This document shows positions 50,530 through 51,543 of a stretch of 51,543 nt of DNA, in pieces; position 1 is the stretch's first letter; every line of letters starts with the position of its first letter. Source of the stretch: an uncultured bacterium (GTDB lineage Bacteria; DYJV01); the NCBI GenBank assembly GCA_964543655.1, contig CAZIZE010000026.1, positions 1 through 51,543 of the forward strand. The letters are read 5' to 3'. Under the pieces are notes generated by a model. The model searched no databases, was not told the DNA's origin, and worked only from the letters and a program-made list of their open reading frames with translations. The position numbers and the translations under genes were made by a program.

Positions 50530-51402
50530 ATGAGTATTCTTGTTGATAAAAATACCAGACTTGTTGTTCAAGGTATAACAGGTAATGAAGGTTCTTTTCA
50601 TGCTAAAGCGTGTTTGGAGTATGGTACAAATATAGTAGCAGGAGTAACTCCAGGTAAAGGTGGATTAAAATTTGAAAATAGTGTTCCAATATTTAACACA
50701 GTAGAAGATGCTGTTAAAAATACAGGTGCAAATACTTCTATGATTTTTGTTCCACCACCATTTGCTGCTGATGCAATTATGGAAGCTGCTGATGCAGGAG
50801 TTGATTTGATAGTATGTATTACAGAAGGTATACCAGTATTAGATATGATGAAAGCTAAAAATTATGTAGATAGAAGAGGTGTTAAACTAATTGGTCCTAA
50901 CTGCCCAGGTGTTATTTCTCCAGGTAAAGCAAAAGTTGGAATTATGCCTGGATTTATACATAGGGAAGGTACTATTGGAGTAATTTCTCGTAGTGGTACT
51001 CTCACTTATGAAGCTGTTTCTCAAATTTGTGATGTTGGCTATGGCCAGTCCACTTGTGTTGGAATTGGTGGTGACCCAATAATAGGCTCATCTTTTGTGG
51101 ATATTTTAAAATTATTCAAAGATGATAACGATACAGAAGCTGTTGTATTGATAGGTGAAATTGGTGGTACAGCAGAAGAGGAAGCAGCAGAATTTATTAA
51201 AAATAATTTTAATAAACCAGTTGTTGCTTTTATTGCAGGTCAAACAGCACCTCCTGGAAGAAGAATGGGACATGCTGGGGCTATTATTTCAGGAGGGAAA
51301 GGCACAGCAGCAGAGAAAATAAAAACACTTGAAGAGTGTGGAATTATGGTAGCTAAAACACCAGCAGAAATAGGTATTACATTAAAAAAGAGGTTAAGTT
51401 AA
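50530..51402 (+). CDS. sucD: Succinyl-CoA synthetase alpha subunit
   Basis: [26 protein letters not shown]. Confidence 0.97.
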   Translation: MSILVDKNTRLVVQGITGNEGSFHAKACLEYGTNIVAGVTPGKGGLKFENSVPIFNTVEDAVKNTGANTSMIFVPPPFAADAIMEAADAGVDLIVCITEGIPVLDMMKAKNYVDRRGVKLIGPNCPGVISPGKAKVGIMPGFIHREGTIGVISRSGTLTYEAVSQICDVGYGQSTCVGIGGDPIIGSSFVDILKLFKDDNDTEAVVLIGEIGGTAEEEAAEFIKNNFNKPVVAFIAGQTAPPGRRMGHAGAIISGGKGTAAEKIKTLEECGIMVAKTPAEIGITLKKRLS

Positions 51403-51421
51403 AAAAAGGGTAAAAAAAGTA

Positions 51422-51483
51422 TTGACAAGAGTGTAAAAAGGTGATAATCGTCGTCTCCCGTTAAGGAGAGGGTTCATTGAAAA
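51422..51483 (+). promoter_or_regulatory. rRNA operon promoter and antitermination boxB/boxA-like elements
   Basis: TTGACA 51422-51427, GATAAT 51443-51448 (spacer only 15 bp), A-tract upstream, hairpin TCTCC/GGAGA, boxA-like GTTCATTGAAAA 51472-51483. Confidence 0.65.
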
Positions 51484-51526
51484 GAGATAGGTGGTGCAGC
51501 TAAAAGAGATAAAGTTAAAAGATAAA

Positions 51527-51543
51527 AAGATGGAGAGTTTGAT
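51527..51543 (+). rRNA. rrs: 5' end of 16S rRNA (truncated by the window edge)
   Basis: Window ends in AGAGTTTGAT, the conserved 16S 5' (27F) sequence, downstream of a promoter and boxA. Confidence 0.75.

Noticed and set aside
43957-51402. Methylmalonyl-CoA propionate pathway formed by the mutase plus sucCD
   Set aside because: The mutase has F89/Q207 rather than Y/R, and no epimerase or carboxylase is in the window

Overview
AT-rich, gene-dense chromosomal window from an apparently anaerobic diderm bacterium (kdtA, futalosine-pathway mqnA, ahbA, single-chain 2-oxoacid:ferredoxin oxidoreductase). Taxonomy cannot be fixed from this window. Most of it is housekeeping: purH-like, menG, tatBC, mreBCD-mrdA, sucCD, mazG, PMM/PGM, tRNA-Ala(GGC), and an rrn promoter plus the first bases of a 16S rRNA at the right edge. 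Items that go beyond routine annotation: (1) a palindrome TTGTATACAA occurs five times, always intergenic and at promoters, upstream of a tandem GntR pair, the oxidoreductase, a malic enzyme and sucCD, which suggests a central-carbon regulon; (2) the malic enzyme is a tandem fusion of two units with reciprocally degenerate catalytic motifs; (3) one of the two GntR paralogues has lost the FCD histidines; (4) the B12 mutase large subunit carries the isobutyryl-CoA mutase signature F89/Q207; (5) a LysM lipoprotein gene is split by one in-frame TAG; (6) a PAPS-synthesis cassette follows a decayed GDP-fucose synthase fragment; (7) a family of heptamer-built and REP-like intergenic repeats is dispersed across the window. 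No CRISPR array, transposase or integrase was seen. All motif searches were done by eye.
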